Shown: piece after piece, positions 29,801-43,902 of the stretch
Numbering within the stretch: position 1 is the first letter of the stretch
Layout of the letters: each line of letters begins with the position of its first letter
Assembly: GCA_965285935.1 (NCBI GenBank)
Contig: OZ260665.1
Location: forward strand, 46,438,001-46,502,000
Source: Ophelia neglecta
Taxonomy: Eukaryota
DNA length: 64,000 nt
Direction of reading: 5' to 3'
The notes under the pieces: generated by a model
Databases searched by the model: none
Told to the model about the DNA's origin: nothing
Seen by the model: only the letters and a program-made list of their open reading frames with translations
Program-made: the position numbers and the translations under genes

Positions 29801-32559
29801 ACAAACTGATTTGTTTTGCAACCAAAAGGCATGTAAATTATGTCCAAGTTACATGTAACAAAGTAATACAAAGCTCATAAAGTCCATGTGGAAGGCCTAA
29901 ACATGATCATGTAAGCTCATGCTATCACAAATGTGCCTAACAACAGTCAGCCAGATAATGTGGAATCAGGCCTGACTTGCACAAAATGTTTGCATGTTCC
30001 ATTAGCTGTCATTTTCTAATTCAAACAAAAAGGACCCTAGTGTAACTTATCACACAGGGACATACTATAGTGTATGGCGGTGGTGTGCGACTCTATCAAA
30101 GCTTACACCATTGTCTGGCAACAGCATGTCAACAGTCACCAAAGCAAGGCCTGCAGGTAGTGAATGGAGGAAATTATATTAAATTGGTCGCCTTGAAGGG
30201 GTATGAAATTACTGAGGAGGGGTCTGCCCTGTCACAGAGGGCAGCCCGGCTGACACAGCTGAGCTATGGCCAGTGATCCGCGTCCCCTCTAACGCACCAC
30301 AGTTTTGGTTGGCTGTCAAAGCATGAATAATTAATGAGGCCGTGCTATCTCTGCAGTGAGTTGTGTGTGCAGTGACAGTTTGCCATGCAGGCTATGTTGT
30401 CAGTTAGAGCCTGCCTGATGGACAGAGCGCATGCATCCGGATGGCTTGCCCACTGAATCTGTGCCTCTTTGCCCATGTGCTTCGCTGTGAGAACTTACTA
30501 TGCTCACTAAACTACCGACAGAGGCAATGTATGTATACCATAAACTTTACTAGCTAGGACTGGATTATTGCATTTTATCGCAAGTGAATTGATTTTTGCA
30601 ACTGTTCCTCCAAGAAGGGATTTCCATCTTTCACTCAGGCGCGGATAGCAGCAGTTTGGCAGGAGTTTGCTTGGTGAATTTTTCAACAGTGCAAAGACCT
30701 TGTTGCTTAAACTGTAACAAGTGCTTTTTGGATTATGACAATACATGAAAACATTGATAAAGTATACTTATATGTTTCTAATATGTATGAAGTCATCTGC
30801 TCTGCCCTTTTGGAGATGGAAGTTGTTGGCTGACCAGTGTTCTAAAGTGTTCAGAATTAAAGTTTGGAATGAAAATTGGCCCCAGTTAGCATCCTTTCTG
30901 GATTGTATGTTATGCAAAGACGGACATATCTTGCGGGCACCTGAGGAGTCCAGTGTAGTAACCTTTATGACAGTTGAACACTTTTGACTGAGTCAGCTTA
31001 GTTGATTGGTGTTGTGATTAATCTTAATCATTGGCTAGTGGGATGACCTATGTGCTGTCCCTCCAACTATGCTGCCCAGGATCTCACACCAGTTGGCCAA
31101 TTAGGGTGGAAATCTACACTTTTCTCAAGCTGAAAATCTAGAGAAGACCCTCATCAGTCACCCCTCCTGCTGAACAGAAACCCTGTGTCAGAGTCGTACA
31201 CCAACACAAACAACAGGCAACTGTAAATGAAATACTTCAGGAATTATAACATTCTTATTGCAATGGCCATGTAAATGGTGTGCTTAACTTGTTTGCCAAA
31301 CAGCATACCAGCCAGAAACACTACAGTCAATCTTGCCAGGAATTGGGCCAGTCTGCATAACCATGTGGTTAACCTATGCACCTAATGCAGTTTTAATATA
31401 CAGCAGCTGACGCTAAGTTGTGGATGCGATGAGATAGCAGTATAAAAACGAAGGAAGAGCACAACACAAGTTTTGACTGCTGGTTTTCAAGAGCCTCTAG
31501 CAGGGTCAGAGAGGAGGCATTCTACTGACCTGACTTGCATAGATCACGGCCTGCCCTGAGCAGCTTCTAGTTGTCTGTTAATGTTTAGGTCCTGCAGGAT
31601 AAGGAAGACAGTTTAGGTAGATGTGTTGGCTTATTAACTGCAGGTGTTAGTGTTCTTAAGGGAGTGTGCCATATTACTAAGTAAAACCAACTGGGCTTCA
31701 TCGTGCGTGAAGATATCACTGACAACTGACCTATGCTGACACGTTTGCTTAGTCAGAAATATCCGCACACAACTGACGGGCACAATTATGGAATAAAACT
31801 GTGGAAAATTTACTGTCAGAGAGAGAAGATATTCCCCAACCTGGATTTTTTGATGCACAAGTAACAGCTGGATGTTCATCTTCTGTCCTGATCTGATATT
31901 CTGCAATCAGCAATCCTATTTTTTTAAATTAGAATAGCGAAGCTCACTCTCAAATGAGATCAAAAGAGTAATGTTGCATCCCATCTAGCTCAATTCAGCA
32001 TTTTTTCATCTGTGGTGGCTCAACTTGGTTTTGATGAAGTAAAGTGCATTTACAAGTCAAGGGGACACAAAAGCTTTAGGGCCAGCGGGGAAAGAGAACA
32101 GGGAAAACAGACACTCCAGATGTGGCAAGGACAGTACAAGTGCTGACCCCGGTGGCAGAAAACCTAAATTGATTACCAAAATAAACAAGCAGTTATTCAC
32201 ATCTTGGCAGGACTAAATACACTGGTAACAGAGGAAGCACCAGGCAGTGTTAGAGAGAACCTATGCAATGAGCTGTGGAAGCCTTGGGAGAATTACAGAA
32301 TTGGAATTGAGTGGTCTCCCTGTTCTACCCCTGAGAACATGTGCCATCCATACATGTACATGTGCTGAAGCTCTCATTGGGGGTCTCAATTTACTTAAAG
32401 ACTATCTAGTTTGTTGACTTTTACAGTTATTTGCCTGTGATATTGTTTTGTGTGATGATTCTATGAGGATCAACATAATCAGGTTACTGGGGCATCATAC
32501 AGCTAGTTGATGTCATTGCCGATTTGATTGAATTTTTTTTTCATTTTGAAAACAGAGAA

Positions 32560-32665
32560 ATGGCACAATTGACAATGGAGTTTTTACTGTTTTGCTCTGT
32601 CCTCTTATTTGGCCAGTTTGTGTCATGCCTACCAGTTGGGACAGAGGAATTAGAAATATTTCCAG
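32560..32665 (+). CDS. unc-5: UNC-5 first coding exon, signal peptide: MAQLTMEFLLFCSVLLFGQFVSCLPVGTEELEIFP(G)
   Basis: Not in the ORF track. T-rich acceptor ...tcattttgaaaacag ends at 32555, ATG at 32560, hydrophobic core FLLFCSVLLFGQFVSC, donor CAG|gttagt at 32665/6 in phase 1, which matches the next exon. Confidence 0.8.
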
Positions 32666-34966
32666 GTTAGTTTTTATATGTTTGCATTAAATCATATACT
32701 GTCCTTTTCAATACATTATATATATATTTCCATTAATATTTTTTTATCTATGTATATATTTACATACATGTACATGTAAGTACAATTTGGTAATTTAAAT
32801 ACTTAAGTAACATTTCTTTAATATCTGTTTCAATTAACTGATGATTTTCACCCAATTGCTATTTATGTAGTTAAACCTCTTATAATCAGCTGCCTTTAGC
32901 CTGATGTTAATATACTTATGTCAGCCAGACCCATATGATATGATTGACTAGAAAACTGATAATAGCCCAGTCCTGGGTTTGAAGCCCACTTGATCAGGCC
33001 TGAAGCATACCAGATTCACGATGGCTTCGCCTGGGCATGTATTGGCCGATCAAAACCCAGCCCATGCATCTCATGTTATTCTTCTATTTGCCTTGTTTGC
33101 CAGACGTGACTTATGAACATAATATTTCACATTTTGTCCCATTTTGCTGCTGAATGGACTGTCTGGTGAAATTCATGTTTGTTTTCACAAATCGCTTGCT
33201 CTTGCGGATGTGCAGCCTTTAGCCTCTTACACACTGCTGACAGTAGTGCGGCTATCAGCTCCTATCCTACCCTCTATATCTTTGTATAAGAAGTTCTCAG
33301 TGTGCTTTTTGGCCACCCACCCAGATGGTATCAAATAAAGCAACCAGCATTGGTTCAGCATCTTTGTGTTTATGAATTTCAAACCCTGTCACTGAGAATC
33401 TGTCATCAAGGGGGGATGGCTGAAAATCTCAAATGACTTTGAATTAAACCAAATGCTTTAAGTTGGCTGCCATCTCATGCAAATTAGTTCAAACAATAGG
33501 TTGGTTGGCTGCTGAATTTACCTTTGCGAGGGTATTTGGTGGCAAACACTTTCAGCCGTGTGTTTGTAAATGTGTACACTCAGCAGAGCATTCAGCTGTC
33601 AAGGTTTACAACTAAAACCAAACCTAAATGTATGCTTATTCTTGTAGCAAGCACAATTATTAAATTTCAGAGAAGTTTAAAGCCTAAACCTGTGCTCTCT
33701 GTTTGAATGAGTATATTCTGTCATAATCATTCAGCCTTGAGATGGAATTTCTTGCACACCAAGGTTTACGCACAGTAGGAAAAAAACTTCCGCTGATATT
33801 GTAACATTATCATGCTAAGCAAACACAAGTGAGCATAATATCGAGTTTTGGGGGATAACTTGGCCCAGGATGAGATTGCTCCACTAGTATTGATTTTTGG
33901 CCACCACAGCCACCTCGCTCAATTTATTTTTCTCGGTTATAATAGACAGAAAGGCACATCCTGTGGATAAGGGCTTAATCAGTACCAAACAATAATTGTG
34001 AACATTATTAAAGGGATATTCAGAATTAATCAGTATATTACTAGATTGTCTCTAGAAATGCATTTATTCATGAAACTTTTCCAAGTGCTGTTTTTTAACT
34101 TGAGTAATGTGTAATTGGAGTTGAATAGATCTTCATTTAGTAGCTGCCCTCCCTGTGGGGTCAACCCTAGTTACTTTAATGACTAGTTGATTTGCTAAAC
34201 AGACCTTTGCAACAGATCTAGCAAATTAAGTTCATGTTGAGGTAAAATACAATTTGAGGTGATATTTACTGACTCTATTGGCTTAGCTCAAGGACTAATT
34301 TAGGGTCAGGGTTGGTTAGTGAGATGATCGATTGGTGAATGGGACAAAGCAGTGTATTAAAGCAGCATTATTTGTTCATGAATTTACATGTAACCTTCCA
34401 AATGGATAGTCTCCTGAAGCAACCTGTCTGTTGTCCAGACTTGACCCTTTTTAACCTTCTTTTTTCACATTATGTCCATCAAGTTGTGTTTGTTATGCAG
34501 TGTGAGGAGTTTTGATGAATGCACCCTTGACCTTCTTCACAGAACGACCACACTCCTACTTGACAGGGTCCTCCCTGCCTAATTGCAGCCTCAATCTTTT
34601 CAGGACTAGCCAGACCCTGTTTTCAGATTAGCCAGGCCAAACATTTTTGTCATTGAAGTATAAAGGCAATTATTGATACAAGTTATTTATTGCATGAGAC
34701 TGGACATGACAGACTTGTGAACAATTCTGTATCATTGTGCAAATGTCCTGCATGACTTGATACTTTGGCTAAACAATATTTAGCAGCGCTTGTTCCACCA
34801 TTAAGGGTACAATTTGGCATTGATCTGTATTAGTTTCTGTACATCCCTTGCATGTATAGTCATACAAGAAAATTAATACTAGACAGGCATGAGAGTAGGC
34901 ATGCTTATTAGGTCAAATGTATCAAAAATGTGTAAACATGGATCAATTGAAGATGACCTGGTCCCC

Positions 34967-35107
34967 GGTCCACTGACAGAGTATGGTCCACTGACAGAGT
35001 CTGGTCCACCGACAGAGTCTGGTCGTCTGACAGAGTCTGGTCCACCGACAGAGTCTGGTCCACTGACAGAGTCTGGTCCACTGACAGAGTCTGGTCCACT
35101 GACAGAG
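34967..35107. repeat. 18-bp minisatellite, ~8 copies (GGTCCACTGACAGAGTCT)
   Basis: Direct tandem repeats; they generate the repetitive ORFs GPLTES, DQTLSV and QWTRLC. Confidence 0.95.
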
Positions 35108-35574
35108 GCAGTTGATGATAAGGAGGCTCACACCTTCAATTGTAATATTTGGCAACAAACAAAACCAGTGGAATAGCTCGCTATCACAATTAATAATATG
35201 CTAGGACAATATTTATCACTGCCCACCATGTACATCTGGGCTTTATTAACAGGCAGAGGTTTCCCATATCCTTTGTGGACTGTTGTTTGCAGCCATGTTT
35301 TATATATTGGGAATGAAACAATGTCTTTGGCTTGCTTGAGGTTAAATCACTTGTTAAGGTGCTATTATTGCATGTAATATACACATGCATCCCTGTGCAA
35401 TCCATAATATTTTGTACAAACTGTAGCCATTATTTGTAACATCAATAGATTCAATACTACAGTGAGAGGTCATCGGGTATTAATTTGGTCTGTCAACTGT
35501 CCTTTCTCATACACAAATGGTGGTTGTTTACCAATGGTCCCTAGGGTTAATAAATATTTCTTTGTTTTTTTTAG

Positions 35575-35958
35575 GGGACATAGTGGACCCAGCCCCAGGA
35601 GGCGAGTATGTGGAGGGTACACCTATATTCTATCAGGAGCCTGATGAGAACTATTACATTGTTAAAAACAAACCAGTGACTATAATGTGCATAGCATCAC
35701 CAGCAGTGCAGATAAACTTCAGATGTTCAGACCAATGGGTTCGACCCACCCATTTGATGACAGTGGCCATCAGGGACCCAGAGACAAATGTAAAGAAACT
35801 CCAGACAAGTATAGATGTGACAAGAGAAGAGGTGGAGCATGTGAAGGAGGATTTCGGGACTGACGTTTACTGGTGTGAGTGCCAAGCCTGGAACAGCCAG
35901 TCCAACCTCACCCAACCCCGCTCAGCCAAAAGTAGACGAGGGATCATTCAAGTAGCAT
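35575..35958 (+). CDS. unc-5: UNC-5 Ig-like domain 1 exon (384 nt, phase 1-1): (G)DIVDPAPGGEYVEGTPIFYQEPDENYYIVKNKPVTIMC...YWCECQAWNSQ...RRGIIQVA(Y)
   Basis: Inside ORF 35517..35966. Acceptor tttttttag|GG, donor GCAT|gtaagt. UNC-5 Ig1 motifs present. Confidence 0.95.
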
Positions 35959-38900
35959 GTAAGTAGTACAAGAACAGGAATTATTGATAGTACAGTATTA
36001 TTATCGGGTGTGGTTATTTCTGTTAGCTTGCATCAGTCCTATGGCTTAAAAATCTAGGAATATGTGGCAGTCTTCATTTTCCAGGCATTTCACACCCAAA
36101 CCAACCATAATATTGTTGCTATGTTTTGTTTTTTATATCATTTCAGCCCAGTAAATGTCTCTCTATATACAATAATAGTAATTTTCTAGTGTTTCATGTA
36201 TGTTTTCTTATGGCTCCCTTAGGCCAACTGCAAAATTAGTGTGAGGTATTAACGTGGTCGATCCAATCAAACACTAACAACTGGCCTATGTATTTCATCA
36301 AAGCAATATATTTTCTAATTAACTGGAAGATGTACAGCTATTTGGCCCTCATTTGCTGTGGAACTGTATATCCAGGATGTTTGATTGGAGCAGCACATAT
36401 ATCATGTGTGTTATATAAAGTCTGTGTAGCTTTTATCTGCCCCACCTGAGTCTAATGGACCACTGCATCAAACAGCTGCTGGTACCACTCTCTCCCCACA
36501 CCACAGATTACCTGCTCCTAGGTGTAAAGCTCAACATTGTTAATTAGTATGTATACCTGTGGGAGGGACCCCTGGAAGGTTGTAGGTCTGTGTAATACCC
36601 CAGGGCATGTTTCATATTCCCCTTCCCCAACCCCTCCCCTGAAGCAAAGGACATTCTCTCTTGACAAGAAATCAAATTCTAAGTAGGCAAACATTTTGCT
36701 ATGTGTTCACAGGTGCTCTATAGATTACCACCTACTTTTTATATCAACCCCCATACTGGGTATGATATCCTTAATATCCACTCCCTCACACTTCTGACCT
36801 CCCCTATTCTTCCATTCATGAATGCCTTAGTATTTTCACAACTGTTATCGATGGGCAGTGCTTACACATACAAACAGTCCTGCCTGCTTGTGGTTCTCTA
36901 GCTCACCATTATATATCCTACCACCCAAGTTCCAAGTACTGTGTTCAGCCTAGGAGTTCGGGGATAATATCAGTCTCCTAGCAACCATGACTTCCTGGCG
37001 GTGATCAGAAAGCAGTAGAGTAACTAAGTCTGGCATGTCTGCTGGTACTTGGTGGTCCCAGTTTGCCTTGTTAATTGGGGGAGACCATCAGTAACTATTG
37101 CTACAATTCACAACAGTTGCTTTTGATACATTAATCTTGCTGATTGCTCAATGAAAGTTTGGTTTGGTCAGAAGCAGGTGCCCCTAATGGGTCGTTAACT
37201 ACCAGGTGATATAGCTCTATTCCTCCCACTAAGTGAATGTGATAAGCTTGTAGCTCACAATTTTGGCAAATCACACATAGTCAAAATATCATTTACTTGG
37301 TTCTATTTTGATTCTAATATAATAACATGTAAAAGTTCTGATTTTCTCTGCTAAATAAAACTTGGTAGGACTGTTCCTGAATCATAGCTGTATTTTTAAC
37401 TTTTCAGTGTTAAGGCACTTACTGAAATGGTAAAAATGATCATTCTCAGTTTTATAAACATATGGTTTCTAAGAAGGTGATTCATCCAGAGTATTTTTTA
37501 TTTTGGTCAAAGTTACAAATTCTGACAATGAGGGACAAGCCTCTGCCAAGCTAATCCCCACTTTACACTTATTAGCATTGTGAAGTCAATATTGCTCCAC
37601 CAAATATAAGATAAATTGTGCTATGAAAAGTGAAAATCTGCTATGGCATCTGATTGGGTTAATGTAATCTTCATGCTGATGCCATAAGCAATGACATAAA
37701 GTGTGCATAGCCAAAAAATATAAAAGGAATGCCATATTTCCTTTGAGCCCACTGTCATAAGTAGGCACTGTGGTGATATGACCGATAAGTGTTGAAAGCC
37801 AAGTAAAACTCGAAACATCACCAAAAACAACAACCATATTTCCAGTAAATTAATGTTATATTGTGTTTTAAAGGTGCCTTTGCAGCTCTAGGTGTATTTC
37901 TCTGCTGATGTGATAAGAGATTATTTTCCAATAAGATTCAACTCTCTGCTAGTGCCATACTGCTCAGTTTACCCATATCTGTGATTTGGTCATATGTATA
38001 GCACTCACACAGAGAAGGTATTGTTGTGGAGAATTCATGTAACTCTACATGTTGAGTTTGCCCTCAATCACCTAGTGATAGATCATGAAAGCCACCAGTG
38101 TGTCCCACCTCCAATATAGGCCACTCACCTATTGTTCATGTCTTTGTTTGATAACCCAGTGTTTTCAAGCATTTCTTTTTATTCTGCTGAACAAATATAA
38201 AGACTATAAATGAATGGTAAGTCAACAAGTCTGAATGATGGTATCCTATTGCTAAAAGATTGATGGTGCAGGTTATTGTCTGGTGTTTTATATAATTACA
38301 CTATTGACATTAGCCATACTGCATATATGTATGGCCATTTTGTATTTTTGGCAAATTAAATGTTTAATAACATCAAATCTGTAATACACGAGTGATCTTA
38401 CATGAGTTTTCAGAGGTTATTAATAGCCTGAATATTGAATATCTCTACTTTATTTCATATAAATTAGTCCCCCATGCAGGCTCATGTGCTCAATATGTGG
38501 TGGTGTTGAAATTAATGCACCTGTATGTACAAGAAGTCATAGCACGCTGCTCAGGTAAAACAGAAGAGGATGATCCTTGATTCTAATAATCAGCCTAGCA
38601 TTATTGGATATTTTAAGATTTCGTTTCACATGCATCTGGTGGGAATGAATTGTGCAGTTTAAAGTAGGTATGATCAGAGAGCCTGGTTTCATAGTCATAA
38701 TATGTATTGAGAGTGGTTTATTTAGAATTATAGTGGACAGTTTTTGGTTTACAATTAGTTATTGGTCTTTTTCTATAAACTGTGTCTGTGATGAAGACTG
38801 TAGTTTAAGTTGGTGTGTAGTAAGCTGAGACTTGATAGCCAAAGGGGAGGACACAGTCAAAGAGGTTTCTCAGTGGAGTGTGACCAACCATACCATGCCT

Positions 38901-41900
38901 CCAGCTTTTTTCTCTCTCAGACTGTACAGTCAAAAGAAACATCATACTTATAAATTTACCACCACAGTGTAACCTGCTGGGAGACACAATCACTGTTAGT
39001 CTACCCTTGTGGTGCGTGTAACTTGTGTTAAATACAAATATGCCCTTCCATTGAAAAGGCTTGTTTAGTTCACAAAAGAAAAACTAATATACAACATAAG
39101 CACATTCTTTAATGTTGTGAAAATCTAAACTTGTTGATAAAGCTACCAAGCCCCAGTTCAATGAAGGTTGTGTGGTGAGTGCTAATAAAAATTGATGAAT
39201 TATTTCAATAAGTTGATCCTTCCCTGTGTGCATGTGGGTTCCTTTGTCAGTTGCCCCCACTAAACAGTGTGACTGTCATGGAAGTTAATAGAAAAACCAG
39301 TACAATTTATGAAGTTGTTGGTAGACATATGAGAGACACCCTGTTGAGCATGACAAATTGTGCCTATTTGTTGCACACTTACATCTCTTTTTGCTTGCTG
39401 TCTTTTTGGGTGAAATGGTGGAACAAGAATGTACAAAAATTTAAATGAACAATTAGAAGCTTCAATATGTACAACTTCGATATACACTGGCTTCAAAATA
39501 TACTGCGGTATATATTTCACATTATTTGCTCAATTGTAATCACACTTGTTGTATAACACATATTATTTAGATAAATCCTTCAGGTTTTTTTCCTGTTTGC
39601 TTTGGCACTTGTTTTAGGTTGTTTTTCTTTCCACACTTTTGTGAAGTTAAGTAAATATTAGTTATTTCATTTCTTTGTTGTGGGCATCTACTAAATGGCT
39701 GCCACTTGGAGTTGTTATTCACAATGAAATTGATAATCAAAAGGCCTTTGTATGGCCACAGCCGGGGATGGTGCTATTGATGTAGAACACTTCTCATCAA
39801 ATAAAACAAGGCTGGCACATTTAAATGTACTCCACAAAAAAGACCTATCTCAATAGCAATGCTTTTGATGAGGAATGTATCATTTGAGACAAAGCCATTT
39901 CTGTGAAAATAGATGGGCTTCACACCAGTCATGAGCTATAGGGAATGGTTGTTTTCATTATTGACATTTTAAACACCTGTTTAATTCATAATTTCATGGT
40001 CCTTCATCTAGTATGATCATGCCAGTTTTGTTTTGTCCAATTTTTGAAGATCTCTTTTCTTCTTATATCTAAAGCTTAGGATATCCGTCAATAAGCTTTT
40101 TTTTACTTGAATTGAATTCTGATCAATGAATTTAAAAAAAAATTGGTACTTGCCTATACGTGTAGTACGTTTTTTCATTAAGATTAAACTTTCATTTTGA
40201 CATTTAAATTGCTCACTATTCCATGTATTATTTTCTGATTGAAGGAATAAATTTAATGAACTTCAGTGCATGTCAGTGCTAGCATGTTTCATACAGTGAT
40301 ATCAGACCTGTTTTTGGGATGGTAGAACAATATGATCAGGTGTGTGTTTCTGGTTGTGAACACCTGGGTGGCAAAACAACAGAGGTTACTCTATATGGGT
40401 AACTTGGGTCCATGGGCAAACACCAAGGGTGATTATATATCACACTGGCAGGCCTGTGCACTGACCCTGGCCACTGTCATTTTCTGCTAGGCGTAGAAAA
40501 GGAGGGCAGATTTGCCGCTGGCAGAATCGAGACAAAGATGCGAACCTTGTAAGCAGTAATTTTAGAAGACCCAATGCTGAGTCTGTGTGTGATCTTAATC
40601 GCTGTGGGAAAGATTGAGCTAAAGATTGCATGTGCCTGACTAAGAAAGTTTTAAAGAAAGTAGAGAATAATGGCTTATTAGCATGCAGATAGTGGAATAT
40701 TTCAACTGATAAGGCTAGCTTTGGCATCTGGGTAACAATAAGGTCCGCAGATGCAGAAGCTAATAGACAGATTGACCAGTCATGAAAGGCTGCAAATTGC
40801 ATGCTAGATTCTGCTGTCAGATTTTACTGATTGTCAAGTTACTAGGCTCGTTTTGGGATTAATTCTCCACATTATGCGCATGGTTTGTATATATAAACCA
40901 TGTAAACCTAGTACATAATGTAAATATAAATTTACTCGTGATTCATATGTTTACCCATCCATTTCTGGTTGAACACCCTAAGTACCATCAATGATAACCC
41001 CCTTAATGGTAGTGTTGAGTAATGTAGAAGGGGGGCATCATTTACCCATAGGAGGCATTGACAGAGACTGCAATTATCTTTGTCTATCTCTAGTGGGTGT
41101 GAAATTAAGATTGTTTAATCCAAGGGGGGTAACATTTTGTATTGTTCACTTTTAGGCAGATAGAATTCCACCCACTACCAATCCTGTTTGAAATTCTTTA
41201 TGCATTTGTATTGTGTCATTTCAGAATGATCATAATGATAATTAGCAGTGGTCAGTTGACAAGTTGAACTGGGAATGGTCATTACATCCTATGGTCTAAC
41301 ACAATACAACTGCATCCAGCATTTATACCCCATTGACTTAAGCCAATAATTAGCAGCTATGTATTCAGGTGTGTAAGGTATAATCAACAGCCCTCTATAC
41401 AGACTGGCTGCATGACCGTTACCTGCTAGACTAAGCTGCAGTGTCAGCACGCCTTTCATTCTGTCACTAAATCCTTCACGACAAGCATACTATGGGTTTT
41501 GATTGTGTCACCAGCTTTACTTTTTCTTTGAGTTTAGAAGCATCCCGTAATTTGAAAAGGGCAATGTTTCAGTCATGTAATACCTGTGCAACCTACCCAT
41601 TTATCTCCTAATCTGCCTCTGTCCAAAGCTCCTCAATGGTATTCTGTGATGCTACATTCTAAGAGGCGCCTAGCAGGAAGTCACTCACCAAGTGCTCGTT
41701 TGGATATGGACCATCCAGGTTAGCCTGGTTTGCCACTGTGTGAGGAGCATTCTTCCTATCCACACATTCAATGAGTGTAATGGTCTCTAATCAGCTTAAA
41801 GATTCCCAAATGAAGTCAAATTGGCCTTCTGATTCAATGTCAATAAAAGGCAAGCACTCCTGTTGCTTGAGGCCATCTCCAGAAGTGATTCACAGCTCGG

Positions 41901-43070
41901 CCGAAGCCACCATTGGCCTGCTTATTGAAAACAGAGCTGACTGAAAAAAGCAAAGAACACTCGTCTTCACTTGACTATTGTAATATCATGTAGGCATGGT
42001 CTAGCAATTAAAGTACAGATATGAAATTTGATTGTTAGTGATTTATGTATGATAACTTAATGCCTGCCAATATAATTTACCCCTAGGGCAGCAGTACTTG
42101 ATGTACCATGTGCAACATGAAAATGATTAACTACACTACTTAATATACTAGTATACAGTAGAAAATACTGAATTAAATGGAAAATAGAGACACTCCAAAT
42201 AGAATGGGTCATTCATGCCACTTATGAATTACCCGATTTTCATAAATAATATCAATTGACTCCCAGTTGGAATACAAATTATAGCTTCCTTGATTCCCAG
42301 TGGTTTCATTTGTCAAGTTTGCAATGGTTCAGTTCCAGTAAATTTCTAGAAATGCCGAACCAAAGAGGCATTCCCAAAAATTGTATTGATTGAACTTTGC
42401 TCTCACTGGGGATCTGCAAATCTATTTTCTAGTCCATCCTGCCCAATCAAGTGGAATACATCAACTATCATTCAGCTAATATCAGCAAATGTCACCATCA
42501 GAGGGAATACTTGGTATAGGACAAGATCCTGGAGATAAGAATTCCAATAGATTTCTATGTCCTGATAGCCAGCCACAGCTTTGCTCATTTGCCTCCCTCC
42601 TTTCTGCCCGTCTTGGCAATTTGTCTTTTGATGCCTGTGATGTTCCTTGCTTGGAAGGGGACTGCACTTGCCATCCGATTGCCATCTACTGAAGCAGGAA
42701 CAAGCGAGGAATTGACTACGGGCTTGTCCAAGTTCCAATATCTCAAACACTTCATATTAGTTGTGTATGGAAAAATGGGTCCTAACAGATGAAAAATCAC
42801 TTCCACAATCAAAACTAGAGGAAATAATTGGGATATTTTTTATTCAAAAGAATGAAATATTGACTGATATAAACATTATGTATTGTGTATCACATCAATG
42901 TCAATGGTTTACAGTGTCTGCATGGTTATTAAAAAAGAACAGAAATTAGCCATTTGGATAATAATTGCTTTTCAAACAATTTGCAGAGGAGAGCCCCAAA
43001 TTGGTGAGAAGCCATGTGTGTCTATAAATGTGTTTGCCATTTTATTTTCAGATTTATAACTGCCTGTAGG

Positions 43071-43300
43071 ATTATTTCCCCCCACCCTTTTTTGAAAAAA
43101 AGTGTGGAATATGTATAGGGCCATGTACTCTGCGCTGGCGGTGCCATTTGTTTTTGCTATAGTTCGGCAACCGTTAGGCCCTCAGTAACTTTTTTTCTCC
43201 CCAGGTATGCTATATATATCTGGGAAATTTGTTTTGAGATAGGTGGCGCCATCCCCGCCATCAAGGGGGGGGGGGGGCTTGTGTTTCTAAACACCTTGTT
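43071..43300 (+). mobile_element. Possible non-autonomous Helentron/HINE (DINE-1-like) element
   Basis: 5' C-run followed by an imperfect hairpin (ccaccctttttt/aaaaaaagtgtgg). 3' G13 run complementary to the 5' C-run, then a perfect short hairpin GTGTTT-ct-AAACAC and a T-rich end. Interior is CpG-richer than the flanks. Confidence 0.45.
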
Positions 43301-43798
43301 AACATTGAAACCAGGATCACTTTGTTACATAAACCCAATGTACTTAATCACTCAAATCCATAAAGATGTTCAGCTATTGATCTCTCTCACTCACCCCCCA
43401 AAAAAATCTGCTGTTGAATATGCATTGCCTTCCATCAATTTATGTCGCTCATTGTTTTGTCGAGATCAAGACAGTATAACTAATTTGTGAAGGATATGAA
43501 TTACAAATAGCTGTTAAAGATGGGTTTTACATTTTCCTTGTGTGCTTTTAATACAGACAGTTATTAACTCTTATTTGATCTTCGTGACTGGTGATGACTG
43601 TATTTACATTAATGACAATGGATACCAAATGGCAGTGACAGACATCGCATGTATCACAATATTATAATAAGAAGCAAAATTATACTGACTACTTTTTTTT
43701 CGACTATTTATCGATTGTCTATTAGCTTGAATGCAATCCAATTAGCACTGCTTTATTTGCAATGGTTTTATGCCTTCTATTTTGTAATTGTTTTTCAG

Positions 43799-43902
43799 AC
43801 CTTCGTAAGCGTTTTGAGAGGGAACCCATGACAACGAGGGTAGAGCCAGCCTCTCAGGCACAGTTACTCTGCCTACCTCCATTGGGACTGCCAACGCCTC
43901 AG
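43799..43902 (+). CDS. unc-5: UNC-5 Ig2 N-terminal half, alternative exon A (104 nt, phase 1-0): (Y)LRKRFEREPMTTRVEPASQAQLLCLPPLGLPTPQ
   Basis: Acceptor tttttcag|AC, donor CAG|gtttgt. Completes the Tyr codon from the Ig1 exon and reads in frame into VFWLKDG. Confidence 0.92.

Noticed and set aside
1-32555. Many 60-158 aa ORFs, including 17587..17958, 26018..26422, 28194..28670 and 28872..29342
   Set aside because: No recognisable domains, low-information composition and no consistent exon chain. Treated as non-coding, although small exons could have been missed.
34889-35176. ORFs with repeated peptides (GPLTES / DQTLSV / QWTRLC)
   Set aside because: Products of an 18-bp intronic minisatellite that is open in several frames on both strands; no convincing splice context.
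42472-42812. Overlapping ORFs on both strands, one of them Cys-rich, upstream of the alternative exons
   Set aside because: No Ig or TSP similarity and no phase-compatible splice sites; not a third alternative exon.
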